From: Capsulimonadaceae bacterium
Lineage (GTDB): Bacteria; Armatimonadota; Armatimonadia; Armatimonadales; Capsulimonadaceae
Direction: 5' to 3'
DNA length: 64,000 nucleotides
NCBI GenBank assembly: GCA_965215505.1
Contig: OZ244065.1
Location: 4,480,001 to 4,544,000 of the forward strand
Within the stretch, counting starts at the first letter, position 1. Each line of letters begins with the position of its first letter. A program made the position numbers and the translations under genes. Of this stretch, positions 39,495-48,446 are shown in pieces. Below the pieces are notes generated by a model, which saw only the letters and a program-made list of their open reading frames with translations, did not search any database and was not told where the DNA came from.

Positions 39495-40256
39495 ATGACA
39501 CCCACACGCCGCCCCGGCTTTACGCTGATCGATCTGCTCGTCGTCCTGGCGATCCTCGCCGTCATCATGGCGATCCTGTTTCCCGTCTTCGTCCATGTGC
39601 GCGAACGGGCGTGGCAGGCGACGTGCGCCTCCAACCTGCGGCAGATCGGGATCGCGACGATGCAGTACGCGGGCGACAGCGACGGCGTACTGTTTAATGC
39701 GCTGCCTCACGCTGATGCCGGCGGCGTCACGCATTGGAGTTTCTGTTCCGAGCAGACGCCGGGCACGCCCGAGGTTAGGGTTGACGCCTCCTGCGGCCCA
39801 TTGGGTCCTTTCCTCAAGAGCGCGAGCATCTGGCAGTGTCCGTCCGCGTCGGGAGTGAAGGCCGCAGACTATTACACGGCTGTGCCCCCCGCTTACGGCC
39901 TTAACATCGCGTATGTGCGGGTGGAGATCAGCCAGGGACACCCTACATCCCTCGCCCAAGTCGCGGCTCCTTCAGAAACCATCCTCGTCGCCGACAGCGC
40001 CGCCGCCTCTTCGGGGGCGGCGACATGGGCTAAATATATTTTCCTGCCCTCCGATCACGAGCCTGCCGTTCACGGGCTGCATTCGGGGATGGCGAACGTC
40101 CTGTGGCTCGACGGCCATGTCAAGGCCCGGAGGCCGGTCGGCCCGGACGCACAACATCAGGCGCTAAACATCGGCGACATCCTGAAAGGTTCTTACACAG
40201 GGAACGCGCAGGCCGACGACTACTATTACGAGCTGGTAAAGCCTTCGGGGAAGTAG
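39495..40256 (+). CDS. prepilin-type / DUF1559 (H-X9-DG) protein
   Basis: GFTLIDLLVVLAILAVIMAILFPVF, CASNLRQIG, WQCPS, HSGMANVLWLDGHVK. Confidence 0.9.
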   Translation: MTPTRRPGFTLIDLLVVLAILAVIMAILFPVFVHVRERAWQATCASNLRQIGIATMQYAGDSDGVLFNALPHADAGGVTHWSFCSEQTPGTPEVRVDASCGPLGPFLKSASIWQCPSASGVKAADYYTAVPPAYGLNIAYVRVEISQGHPTSLAQVAAPSETILVADSAAASSGAATWAKYIFLPSDHEPAVHGLHSGMANVLWLDGHVKARRPVGPDAQHQALNIGDILKGSYTGNAQADDYYYELVKPSGK

Positions 40257-40323
40257 CAGGTGTGAGCCGCCGCCCGCGCGGGCGTAACAGCCTTGCACAA
40301 AGCCATCATCAAGGGAGGACACT

Positions 40324-40680
40324 ATGGGAAACGCTTCGCTGGAAGGGCTGACGCTGCACGTCGCCGACCTGGACCGCTCCTTGGAGTTCTACGGCAAGAT
40401 ACCGGGGGCGTGCGTCGTGGACCACCGCCCCGGCGTGTTCGCGATGCTCCAGATCGGCAAGACCCGGCTGGGGCTGCTGGCGCGCGGGCAGAAATTGGGC
40501 TTTCACCTGGAGATCGAGACGGAGGACTTAGAGGCGATGTATACGCGCCTCCGGGCGGCGGGGATCGAGCCGAAGACGCCGCCGACGAAGCACCCCTGGG
40601 GAGAGGTGGACTTTACGGTCACGGACCCCGACGGCAATACAGTCGAGTTTGGGGAGCCGAGCGGGCGGGGCGGCGCTTAG
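40324..40680 (+). CDS. VOC/glyoxalase-family protein
   Basis: LHVADLDRSLEFY, PWGEVDFTVTDPDGNTVEF. Confidence 0.92.
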   Translation: MGNASLEGLTLHVADLDRSLEFYGKIPGACVVDHRPGVFAMLQIGKTRLGLLARGQKLGFHLEIETEDLEAMYTRLRAAGIEPKTPPTKHPWGEVDFTVTDPDGNTVEFGEPSGRGGA

Positions 40681-40695
40681 GAGGTACGGATTCCG

Positions 40696-41673
40696 TCAGG
40701 CCTTGGCGGGAATCTGTTTCCGCAGGGTGGAGACGTACCAGTCCATAAACAGGTCCGCGTGTGGATGGACGAGGACCGTGACGTTCGGCGGGCCGTCGGT
40801 GATCCGCGTCAGGCCATTGTCATCCACCACGACGTGGTCCCGCTCCTCGTCGCAGAAGCTATGGCCGAGGCTATAAGCCACCGCCGCCACATCGTAGAGC
40901 GTCGGGGTGATCCCGCCCCACAGGTTTGTCAGGGCGGCCAGGGCATCCGTCCCCGGCGTCCCATCGGCGAAGAGGCGCTTCTGCCGCTCGGCGTCCAGGT
41001 GGAGCATCGTCGTGACCTCCAAGCCCGCCATTACCAGCGGCACCCCGCTCGTGAAGACGACGCGGGCGGCGGCCGGGTCGCGGCTGATGTTCCACTCCGG
41101 CCCGGTTGGGGCCTGGCCGTTGTAGCCGGTGTAGACCGCCCCGCCCATCAGCACGATGCGTCGTATCTTCGGCTTGACCTCGGGGTAGCGGGCCAGCAGG
41201 TCCCCCAGGTTCATCAGCGGGCCGATGCCGATCAGCGTGACCTGCCCAGGCGCGGCCTCTATCTGGGCCTTCAAGAACAGGACCGCGTCTCCCAACCGAA
41301 GGGTGGGGGACCGGAAGCCGCGCGCCCACTCGGACTGACGACCGATCACCGAGGCGCCTTTGCGGCCCGCGTAGACCGGGACATCGCTCCGCCCCAGGGC
41401 CGCCAACAGTTTGGCGGCGACCTGCGCCCGCTTCCCGGTCTCGCCGAAGGCGGTCGTCACCCCCAGCAGCTTCACATTGGGCGCGGAGGCCAGCAGGGCA
41501 AGCGCATAGGCGTCATCAATGTCATCCGCGATGTCCGTGTCCAGGATGACTTTTTCCTGCACCGCCACGGCAACCGGGGGCAGGGCGCGGCCCGGCCCGG
41601 CGGACAGGAGGAACGCGACCACCACGGCGGCCCACGCCGTCAGCCCCTGCGGCCATGTGCAGCGTGACCTCAC
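40696..41673 (-). CDS. nucleoside hydrolase (IU-NH family), with signal peptide
   Basis: [33 protein letters not shown] start overlapping the cysK stop. Confidence 0.88.
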   Translation of the reverse strand: MRSRCTWPQGLTAWAAVVVAFLLSAGPGRALPPVAVAVQEKVILDTDIADDIDDAYALALLASAPNVKLLGVTTAFGETGKRAQVAAKLLAALGRSDVPVYAGRKGASVIGRQSEWARGFRSPTLRLGDAVLFLKAQIEAAPGQVTLIGIGPLMNLGDLLARYPEVKPKIRRIVLMGGAVYTGYNGQAPTGPEWNISRDPAAARVVFTSGVPLVMAGLEVTTMLHLDAERQKRLFADGTPGTDALAALTNLWGGITPTLYDVAAVAYSLGHSFCDEERDHVVVDDNGLTRITDGPPNVTVLVHPHADLFMDWYVSTLRKQIPAKA

Positions 41674-42626
41674 TGGTCGTCGCGCAGGTCCGCGAACAGG
41701 ATGGTGGACAGGTAGCGCTCGCCGTTGGAGGGGATGATGACGACGATCGTCTTCCCGGCGTTCTCGGGCCGGTGGGCCACCTGCATGGCGGCGCACATGG
41801 CGGAGCCAGAGGACAGGCCGATCAGGATGCCTTCCTCGAAGGCCGTGCGTCGCGCCCAGTGGACCGAGTCCTCGGTCGTCACCTGGATGACCTCGTCAAT
41901 GATGCTCATGTCCAGGTTGGCCGGGATGAACCCCGCGCCGATGCCTTGCAGTTTGTGCGGGCCGGGCTTCAGAGGCTGCCCCTCGCGGGTCTGGGTGATG
42001 ATCGGCGAGTCGCGCGGCTCGACCGCGATGGCCCGGAAGGACGGCTTGCGCGCCTTCAGCACCTCGGCGGTGCCGCTGATGGTGCCGCCGGTGCCGACGC
42101 CCGCCACCAAGATGTCCGCCGTGCCGTCCGTGTCGTTCCAAATCTCCTCCGCCGTCGTGGTGCGGTGGATGGCGGGGTTGGCGGGGTTCGTGAACTGCTG
42201 CGGGACGAACGAATACGGCGTCCGGGCGGCGATTCGCTCGGCCTCGGCGATGGCCCCGCGCATCCCTTCGGTGCCCGGCGTCAGGACAAGCTCGGCCCCG
42301 TAGCCGCGCAGCAGCAGGCGGCGCTCCATGCTCATGGTGTCCGGCATGGTCAGGATGCAGCGGTAGCCCTTGGCCGCGCAGGCGAAGGCCATGCCGATGC
42401 CCGTGTTGCCCGAGGTCGGCTCGACCACGACCGAGTCGGCCGTGAGGATGCCGCGCTTCTCGGCGTCGTCGAGCATGGCGACGGCGATGCGGTCCTTGAC
42501 CGAGGAGGCCGGGTTGAAAAACTCCAGCTTGGCGAGGACCGTGGCCGGTGCGCCGTCGGTGACGCGGTTCAGCTTGACCAGCGGCGTGAAGCCGACCAGA
42601 TCGGTGATACGCTCATATACCTTCAT
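41670..42626 (-). CDS. cysK: cysteine synthase A
   Basis: [54 protein letters not shown]17-TATCAT promoter at 42653-42681. Confidence 0.96.
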   Translation of the reverse strand: MKVYERITDLVGFTPLVKLNRVTDGAPATVLAKLEFFNPASSVKDRIAVAMLDDAEKRGILTADSVVVEPTSGNTGIGMAFACAAKGYRCILTMPDTMSMERRLLLRGYGAELVLTPGTEGMRGAIAEAERIAARTPYSFVPQQFTNPANPAIHRTTTAEEIWNDTDGTADILVAGVGTGGTISGTAEVLKARKPSFRAIAVEPRDSPIITQTREGQPLKPGPHKLQGIGAGFIPANLDMSIIDEVIQVTTEDSVHWARRTAFEEGILIGLSSGSAMCAAMQVAHRPENAGKTIVVIIPSNGERYLSTILFADLRDDQ

Positions 42627-42723
42627 GGGATTTGGGTTCCTTCTTTGGCCTGATGATACCCAAAGGGGGGGTGGGTGTCAACCTGCCCCGGCGTGCCCGT
42701 CGACTGCGCCGGAGAGCCATGAC

Positions 42724-43524
42724 TTACGGGGCCGCCACGAGCCATCGGAAGGCTGCTCCGATTTGGTAGCTGCCATCCTCACGACAAAACGGTGCCAATG
42801 CGGCGGCATGTGCCTGGTTGACCGCCTCCTCGCTTGAGTTCTCCGCCGCGCGGACGGCGACACCGGAGGAGCCGAGGCCTCGCAAGGCAATTTCCAAGTC
42901 CGGGTACTGCCACACACACGCAACATCCCTGACTTCCAACGGCTTGAGGCCCGCTGCCGTGGCAAAGGTTGTCAGCGCCGCCGCATCGGACAACGCGAAC
43001 GGCCCCGGTGCGCCCGGCGGAGGCGGCGGCAGCAGAGGCCGCAGCGCGCTCACCAAGGAAGCCGCCTCCATCCCTTCCGGGCTGCCCCAGGTCATCACGA
43101 CGACGCGCCCGGTCGGCTTCGTGATTCGCTTTGCTTCTGCAAGTGCGATGACTGGACTTGCCGCGTATTGGAAGGAATTGAAGCCGGTGACAACATCAAA
43201 CACACCGTCTGAAAACGGAAGTTCCTCTAGTTCCCCTAATCGCAAGTCCGCCCTCGGCACTCTTGCGCGGGCGAGACTGAGGAGAGCGTCTGCCGCGTCG
43301 AGGCCGGAGACGTGTGCGCCCCGTTGTGAGGCGATCAGTGCCGCCATGCCCGCTCCACAGCCCAAATCACAGTAGGAAGTCGCCTGCGTGAGATCAAGGC
43401 CGTTGAATACAGCTTCATAGGCCGCACGAAATTGGCCTTCCTGCACCTCCGCCCAATCTTGGGCGTGCGTTCCCCAAAGGCGGCCATTACTCGCTGCGGT
43501 TTTTGGCATTTCCCTTGCTGTCAT
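42724..43524 (-). CDS. class I SAM-dependent methyltransferase (last integron cassette)
   Basis: DLGCGAG, LPFSDGVFDVVTGFNS; preceded by GTTGGAC core site. Confidence 0.9.
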   Translation of the reverse strand: MTAREMPKTAASNGRLWGTHAQDWAEVQEGQFRAAYEAVFNGLDLTQATSYCDLGCGAGMAALIASQRGAHVSGLDAADALLSLARARVPRADLRLGELEELPFSDGVFDVVTGFNSFQYAASPVIALAEAKRITKPTGRVVVMTWGSPEGMEAASLVSALRPLLPPPPPGAPGPFALSDAAALTTFATAAGLKPLEVRDVACVWQYPDLEIALRGLGSSGVAVRAAENSSEEAVNQAHAAALAPFCREDGSYQIGAAFRWLVAAP

Positions 43525-43595
43525 GCTCCACCTTTGTCTCGCGGGCGTAGAGTGCTCGACTCTCTGTTGCCTCTCTGCTTAGTCCCCGGTATGGT

Positions 43596-43692
43596 GTCCA
43601 ACGGTGGCGCTCACCGGCGACACCGCCTGCACAGCCAACCGACCTGGCAGAGACAAAGGACAGGGGGCGTCCGGTGCAGCGCGTTGTTGGGC
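43596..43692 (-). repeat. attC site (97 bp)
   Basis: Minus strand GCCCAAC AACGCGCTGCACCGGAC ... GCCGGTGAGCGCCACC GTTGGAC (RYYYAAC...GTTRRRY). Confidence 0.92.
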
Positions 43693-43702
43693 CGCACACG
43701 AC

Positions 43703-44026
43703 TCAGGCTTCGGACAAAGGCTCTTTGGCCGCCTGACTGCGCTTCTTCCTCTCGGCCAAATGGTAAACCGCCATAAATACCATCGGCATACCGCAACCCA
43801 TCGCGATACCCGTTTCCACCGGGGACATCCCCACACTATGATGATAGTTCAATGCTTGAGGCGCAATAGCAAACCCAAGGCGCAGAAGAACGGCTTCGAA
43901 AAAGAAGCCGAGCAGAACGGTGTAAGACCCCTTGTACCTCAGCCGCCAAAGGACAGAAAAGGTAAACAAGAACAACGGGAAGAAAAGCGAGGCTGTTATG
44001 CCAAGGTCGATGAAAAAGTTGCCCAT
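43703..44026 (-). CDS. small integral membrane protein (cassette)
   Basis: About 3 TM helices; fills the interval between attC sites. Confidence 0.75.
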   Translation of the reverse strand: MGNFFIDLGITASLFFPLFLFTFSVLWRLRYKGSYTVLLGFFFEAVLLRLGFAIAPQALNYHHSVGMSPVETGIAMGCGMPMVFMAVYHLAERKKRSQAAKEPLSEA

Positions 44027-44088
44027 TCGTGTTTCCAAATACTTCTGTCTCTGAAAGCGTCGGCTATTAGGAACGGCTACTTTGTGCG

Positions 44089-44187
44089 GCCCAACGGTGG
44101 CGCTCACCGGCGGCACCTGACTGCACAGCCAGACGACTTTGCAGAGATGCCCCGACAGGTGGCGTCCGGTGCAGCGCAGTGTTGGGC
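44089..44187 (-). repeat. attC site (99 bp)
   Basis: GCCCAAC ACTGCGCTGCACCGGAC ... GCCGGTGAGCGCCACC GTTGGGC. Confidence 0.92.
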
Positions 44188-44209
44188 CGTCAGGCTGTTG
44201 GAGGCTCAG

Positions 44210-44662
44210 TTATCGACGCTCCGTAAAATAGTGTTGCCAATCGTTCCAAATCGGACACCACCCGGACTTGTGCAACTCGACACCGCGCCTGTAGGGATCA
44301 TCCTCCGCCAATGCCTGTACTGCCTCTTTTGTCTGGCGAACATCCAAGCCCGTAAAGCCCAGCAGGTTTCCCAACAAGAACGCTTTGACCTCGGTTTCGG
44401 TGTCAAGACGGAGCATCCGATGTTCGCCCTGATAAACATCAAATAGCTGACCATCAGAAACATCAAACCGGAAGCCGTCTCCCTCGCGTTTCAGGCCGAA
44501 CCATAGGCTCTCCAAACCATCGGCATTGACGTTTCTTTCTGTTGTCATCCACCCATGAGCAATACCGTCCGGTTCAATCACTGAAAAACTCAAGCCGACC
44601 AGGCTAAGAGCTTCAAGAATATCGTCCAAGGTGTCGGAGATACTAACATTGGTTTGCGCCAT
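44210..44662 (-). CDS. hypothetical protein (cassette)
   Basis: AGAGG RBS, 150 aa, bounded by attC sites. Confidence 0.78.
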   Translation of the reverse strand: MAQTNVSISDTLDDILEALSLVGLSFSVIEPDGIAHGWMTTERNVNADGLESLWFGLKREGDGFRFDVSDGQLFDVYQGEHRMLRLDTETEVKAFLLGNLLGFTGLDVRQTKEAVQALAEDDPYRRGVELHKSGWCPIWNDWQHYFTERR

Positions 44663-44683
44663 GATATAAGCCTCTATACTGCG

Positions 44684-44781
44684 GCCCAACGGCAAAGCTC
44701 ACCTGCGACACCGACCCGCACAGCACACTGACCTTGCAGAGACAAGGGACAGGTGGCGTCAGGTGCAGCGCATTGTTAGGC
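44684..44781 (-). repeat. attC site (98 bp)
   Basis: GCCTAAC AATGCGCTGCACCTGAC ... GCAGGTGAGCTTTGCC GTTGGGC. Confidence 0.92.
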
Positions 44782-44808
44782 TGAACTGCTTGTCCGCCTC
44801 CGCCCGGC

Positions 44809-45078
44809 TCATGATGCCGAACGTGTCAATATCCGCTGTAATCTTCGCAGAGGCTCTGGAAAGGGAGTTTCCTCAAAATCCTGCACCAATTCGACTTCGT
44901 CTTGGGTCAACACTAAGTCTACATCCTGCTCGTGACGATTGATGAATGAAGCTTCATAGTAGGTGAAAGGAGGGCAATTGTCAATGCACCAAATAATTCC
45001 ACAGTCACCTTCTCGTAAATCATCCTCGTCGGGATCATGTCTGAGACGGACTATATCACCATAATCAAGTTTGGTCAT
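44809..45078 (-). CDS. small DUF4926-like protein (first cassette)
   Basis: GDIVRL...LREGDCGII...YEASF pattern; AGGAGG RBS. Confidence 0.7.
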   Translation of the reverse strand: MTKLDYGDIVRLRHDPDEDDLREGDCGIIWCIDNCPPFTYYEASFINRHEQDVDLVLTQDEVELVQDFEETPFPEPLRRLQRILTRSAS

Positions 45079-45117
45079 AGTTGCCTCCTGACGGCTGGCA
45101 GGGCTTCCGCCAGTGCG

Positions 45118-45150
45118 GCCTAACTAGTATTCAGCCGCACTATTGCGGCA
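45118..45150 (-). other. putative attI site
   Basis: GTTAGGC core complementary to the GCCTAAC of the first attC; not part of an attC stem. Confidence 0.6.
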
Positions 45151-45476
45151 GAACACGCCTCCCCGGTTTCTCTCAAACCTAGCGAGGAGACACCGGCGCA
45201 ATTACCGCACAATCATCCACGGATATGACTTAGCCCCTCGCCGGGACAGGTCAGGAGAACATACCACCTGGATTCCCTCGAATCCTCCCTTGCTTTCGTT
45301 CGACGCACCGTTCGCGCCCGCCCCGACGTGCGCGGCGTCCGCAGCCCCCAAGCCCATTCTCTGTTTCGCCCCTTGACGATCTGCGCCACCGCCGGGGCTT
45401 TTTGTAGTCCCGGCGGCCAGACTGAGGCGGCTGGCCGCTTTTCAGCGCTGGGCAGAACGCTCGCGTCAGGACTGCT

Positions 45477-47019
45477 TCATAATGGACGGTAACGGAAATC
45501 GGCGAAGCGTGCGCCGCCCGTGCCGCTCGCCGCAAGCGCCGGGCGGAGAGATTGAAATCCGTGCAAGGCGTTATTGTTGAAGCCCGACGCATCAACATCG
45601 GCGGCCAGGTTTTGCCAGTCGCGCCCGTTCTCGCTGGCTGAAAAATCGACGCGGTTGTGGCGGTTCTGGACCCTCAAATGCGCCGCGCCCGCCTTCCATG
45701 GGCGGCTCGCCAGCGTTTCTTTCGCCCCGAAAACGCGCACTTGGCCGCCTTTGAGTTCGGCGAACAGCCAGTGTTCGGGGCTGTAAAACAGGCCAATCGC
45801 CGCGCCGCAGCCGTCCTGCGGCGTCGCCGCGACCTGCACCTGGTAGCTCGCATCGCGCGCCATGACGGTGAGCGGCGAGCTATGGCCGGGCGCGTCGCCC
45901 TTGGCCCGCACCGTCAGCGCGCCATGTCCCACCTGGAAACGGCTCATGTCGGTCTCGTCCCACGCGCCCCAGGTCGCCCGGAGGCTGGGCGCGCGGAAAT
46001 CATCCGACAGCCCAATCATCGGGCGCTGCGCGACGCCCATGGGCGCGGGCATCGGCTCGCCGCGCCGTGCGCCAAGCGGCGCGCGCGGCCAGCCGTCCGG
46101 CGTCCACTCGACCGGCTCCATCAGCGTGTGACGGCCCAGCGTTTGCAGCCCGTTCCGGTAGCCGTGGTAGACGAAATACCAGCGGTCGTCGGGCGTCGAA
46201 ACCAGTGTGCCGTGCCCGACCGACCACCAAGCCTCGTCCGCGCTGTAGGTGTGGATGAGCGGGTTGTGCGGCGAGTTCTCCCACGGGCCGAGCGGCGATT
46301 TTGACCGCGCCACGACCGCCATGTGGCTGGTCGGGGGACCGGCGGTGCCGCCCTCCGCGCAGATGAGGTAGTAGTATTCGCCGCGCTTCGTCAGCTTCGG
46401 GCTTTCCAGCCAGAACCCTTCAGTCTTCCACTCCGAGGGGAACTGCCAGCCGTCATAGATTTTCGTCCGCTCCCCGACCGTCGCCAGGCCGTCGGGGCTT
46501 AGTTCAACGGCGTGGCCCCCGGCGGTGTAGAGGTAGCGTTTCCCGTCCGGGCCGACCACATGGCCGGGATCAATGTCGTCAACCTTCAGGCTGATCGGGG
46601 CGCTCCAGGGTCCGCCCGGGTGGTCGGCATGGACGACAAAAATGCCCCCCATCGGGAAATAGATGAAGTAGCGCCCCCATGCTCGACCATCTCGGGTGCC
46701 CAGACCTCTGCGCGCGTGCCCCACATGTCGGCCAGCGCGTGCGAGATCGGCGTCCAGTTGACCATATCGCGCGAGTGCCAGACCACCAACCCCGGCGCGT
46801 AGCGGTAGGAAGTGTGGGTGAAGTAAAAATCACCGCCCACGCGCAGGATCGTGGGGTCGGCGAAGTCGCCGGCGAACAGCGGGTTTTGGAACTCGGCGGC
46901 GTGGCTCTTGGGGCGATCTCCCCCCACGCCGCCGGGAAGCGGCCCGCCAGCGTCGCCGCCGATGCGCCTGCCGCGAGCTGAAGCAGAGCGCGGCGCGAGA
47001 GTCTGTCATCGTTTGGCAT
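45477..47019 (-). pseudogene. Tat-exported GH43 glycoside hydrolase split by two frameshifts (may be sequencing error)
   Basis: SRRALL Tat leader; NPLFAGDFADPTILRVG, VWAPE, DIDPG, ESPKL lie in three frames joined at G runs 46920-46925 and 46674-46678. Confidence 0.85.
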
Positions 47020-47090
47020 CGTCTAGTATCCTCGCGCCATTATACTGCAACTGCGGCCCTGGTGCAAGCCGGGCTGCGGCGCGAGGCCCA

Positions 47091-47229
47091 GACCATGCGT
47101 TGAAACGCACGGCTAGACGGCCTGCGGCCCGGAAGCGCCGCTTCGCGGGGCTAACATCCTTTCCCGAGTGCCGCGAAGCGCTACTTCCTGGCGTCCTCGC
47201 CGCGTAGCCGTGCGTTTCAACGCATGGTC
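47091..47229. repeat. REPIN-like element
   Basis: GACCATGCGTTGAAACGCACGGCTA ... TAGCCGTGCGTTTCAACGCATGGTC with inner imperfect IR. Confidence 0.82.
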
Positions 47230-47310
47230 CGAACTGCCATAGCAGCCTCGGTGCAAGGCCCGCCCCCGCCGGGTCTTGACAACCCGCCCCAAAAATGCTA
47301 CCCTCTACCC

Positions 47311-48279
47311 ATGAGCGATGCCGCCACAGGCCCACCCGCCGGCCCGCCTCCGAGGAGAACACATGTGGTCGTGGTCGGCAGCGCGAACACGGACATGACG
47401 GCGCGCGTCGCGCGCCTGCCTGGGCCGGGCGAAACGGTTCTGGGCACCGGCTTCGAGAGCCTGCCGGGCGGCAAGGGCGCGAATCAAGCCGTGGCGGCGG
47501 CCCGGCTGGGCGCGTCCGTGACCTTCATCGCCTGCGTCGGCGCAGACGGGCTGGGCGACGACATGGTGCTGGGCCTGGAGGCCGAGGGCATCAACACCCG
47601 TTACGTCGTCCGCGACCCGGACGCGCCGACGGGCGTCGCGCTCATCACCGTGGACGAGGCGACCGGCGAGAACGTGATCGTCGTGGCCTCGGGGGCGAAC
47701 GCCAAGCTGAGCGTCGGGCTGATAGACATGGCCCAAGATGCCATCCGCGACGCCGACGTGCTGGTCTGCCAGCTCGAATCGCCGCTGGAGACGGTCACGG
47801 CGGCGTTGAAGCTGGCGCGGGCGGCGGGGAAGACGACGATCCTCAACCCCGCTCCGGCGCAGTCCCTGTCCGACGCACTGCTGGCGCTGGTGTCCGTCCT
47901 GACGCCGAACGAAACCGAAGATGCTTTGCTGGCGGGGGATGCTTCCCTGTCGCCCGAGTCTGCGGCAAAGATGCTGCTGGCGCGGGGTGTCGGACAAGTC
48001 GCGGTGACGCTGGGCGCGGCGGGCGTCCTGCTGGTGACCTCGGACGGCGAGGCGCGCATTCCGGGCCGGGCCGTGGCGCAGGCCGTGGACACGACGGCGG
48101 CGGGCGACTGCTTCACCGGTGCCCTGGCCGTGGCCTTGGGCGAGGGGAGACCTTTGGAAGAGGCGGCGGCCTTCGCCAACGCCGCCGCCGCGCTGAGTGT
48201 GACGAAATCCGGCGCGCAGCCGTCCCTGCCGTCCCGGTTTGAGGTGGAAGAGTTTTTGGCCGGTGTCCCACGGGGCTGA
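47311..48279 (+). CDS. rbsK: ribokinase
   Basis: [49 protein letters not shown]17-TACCCT leaderless promoter. Confidence 0.94.
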   Translation: MSDAATGPPAGPPPRRTHVVVVGSANTDMTARVARLPGPGETVLGTGFESLPGGKGANQAVAAARLGASVTFIACVGADGLGDDMVLGLEAEGINTRYVVRDPDAPTGVALITVDEATGENVIVVASGANAKLSVGLIDMAQDAIRDADVLVCQLESPLETVTAALKLARAAGKTTILNPAPAQSLSDALLALVSVLTPNETEDALLAGDASLSPESAAKMLLARGVGQVAVTLGAAGVLLVTSDGEARIPGRAVAQAVDTTAAGDCFTGALAVALGEGRPLEEAAAFANAAAALSVTKSGAQPSLPSRFEVEEFLAGVPRG

Positions 48280-48425
48280 ACCCCCGTGCCTCGGTAGTGC
48301 AAGCCCCCGCCTCCGCGGGCGAAGATTCCAAACGCTCCGATGCCCGCGCCTCCTAGTCGCTCCGCTCCATAGCGGAGTGAAAGGCGGGGAGTTGCTTTTC
48401 TAAAGCCCAGGGGTTCAGCCCTGGG
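48269..48425. repeat. REPIN-like element; supplies the rbsK stop codon
   Basis: CACGGGGCTGAACCCCCGTG ... AGCCCAGGGGTTCAGCCCTGGG. Confidence 0.7.
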
Positions 48426-48446
48426 GATGTCAGGTATCTGTTTATT

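Larger units (their letters stand above)
42724..45150 (-). mobile_element. integron cassette array without adjacent integrase (CALIN-like), 4 cassettes
   Basis: Three homologous attC sites separate single co-oriented, lower-GC ORFs; attI-like core at 45118-45124. Confidence 0.9.

Noticed and set aside
43596-44781. CRISPR or IS terminal repeats
   Set aside because: The ~98-bp units are separated by whole genes and have attC core-site ends; no transposase.
45143-45598. Integrase or integrase remnant (ORFs 45143-45376, 45251-45598)
   Set aside because: No tyrosine-recombinase motifs in the ORFs given or the frame I read; the interval is too short.
47091-47229. tRNA or other structured ncRNA gene
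   Set aside because: No cloverleaf or TTCGA/CCA signature; explained as a REP doublet. No tRNA or rRNA was recognised anywhere in the window.
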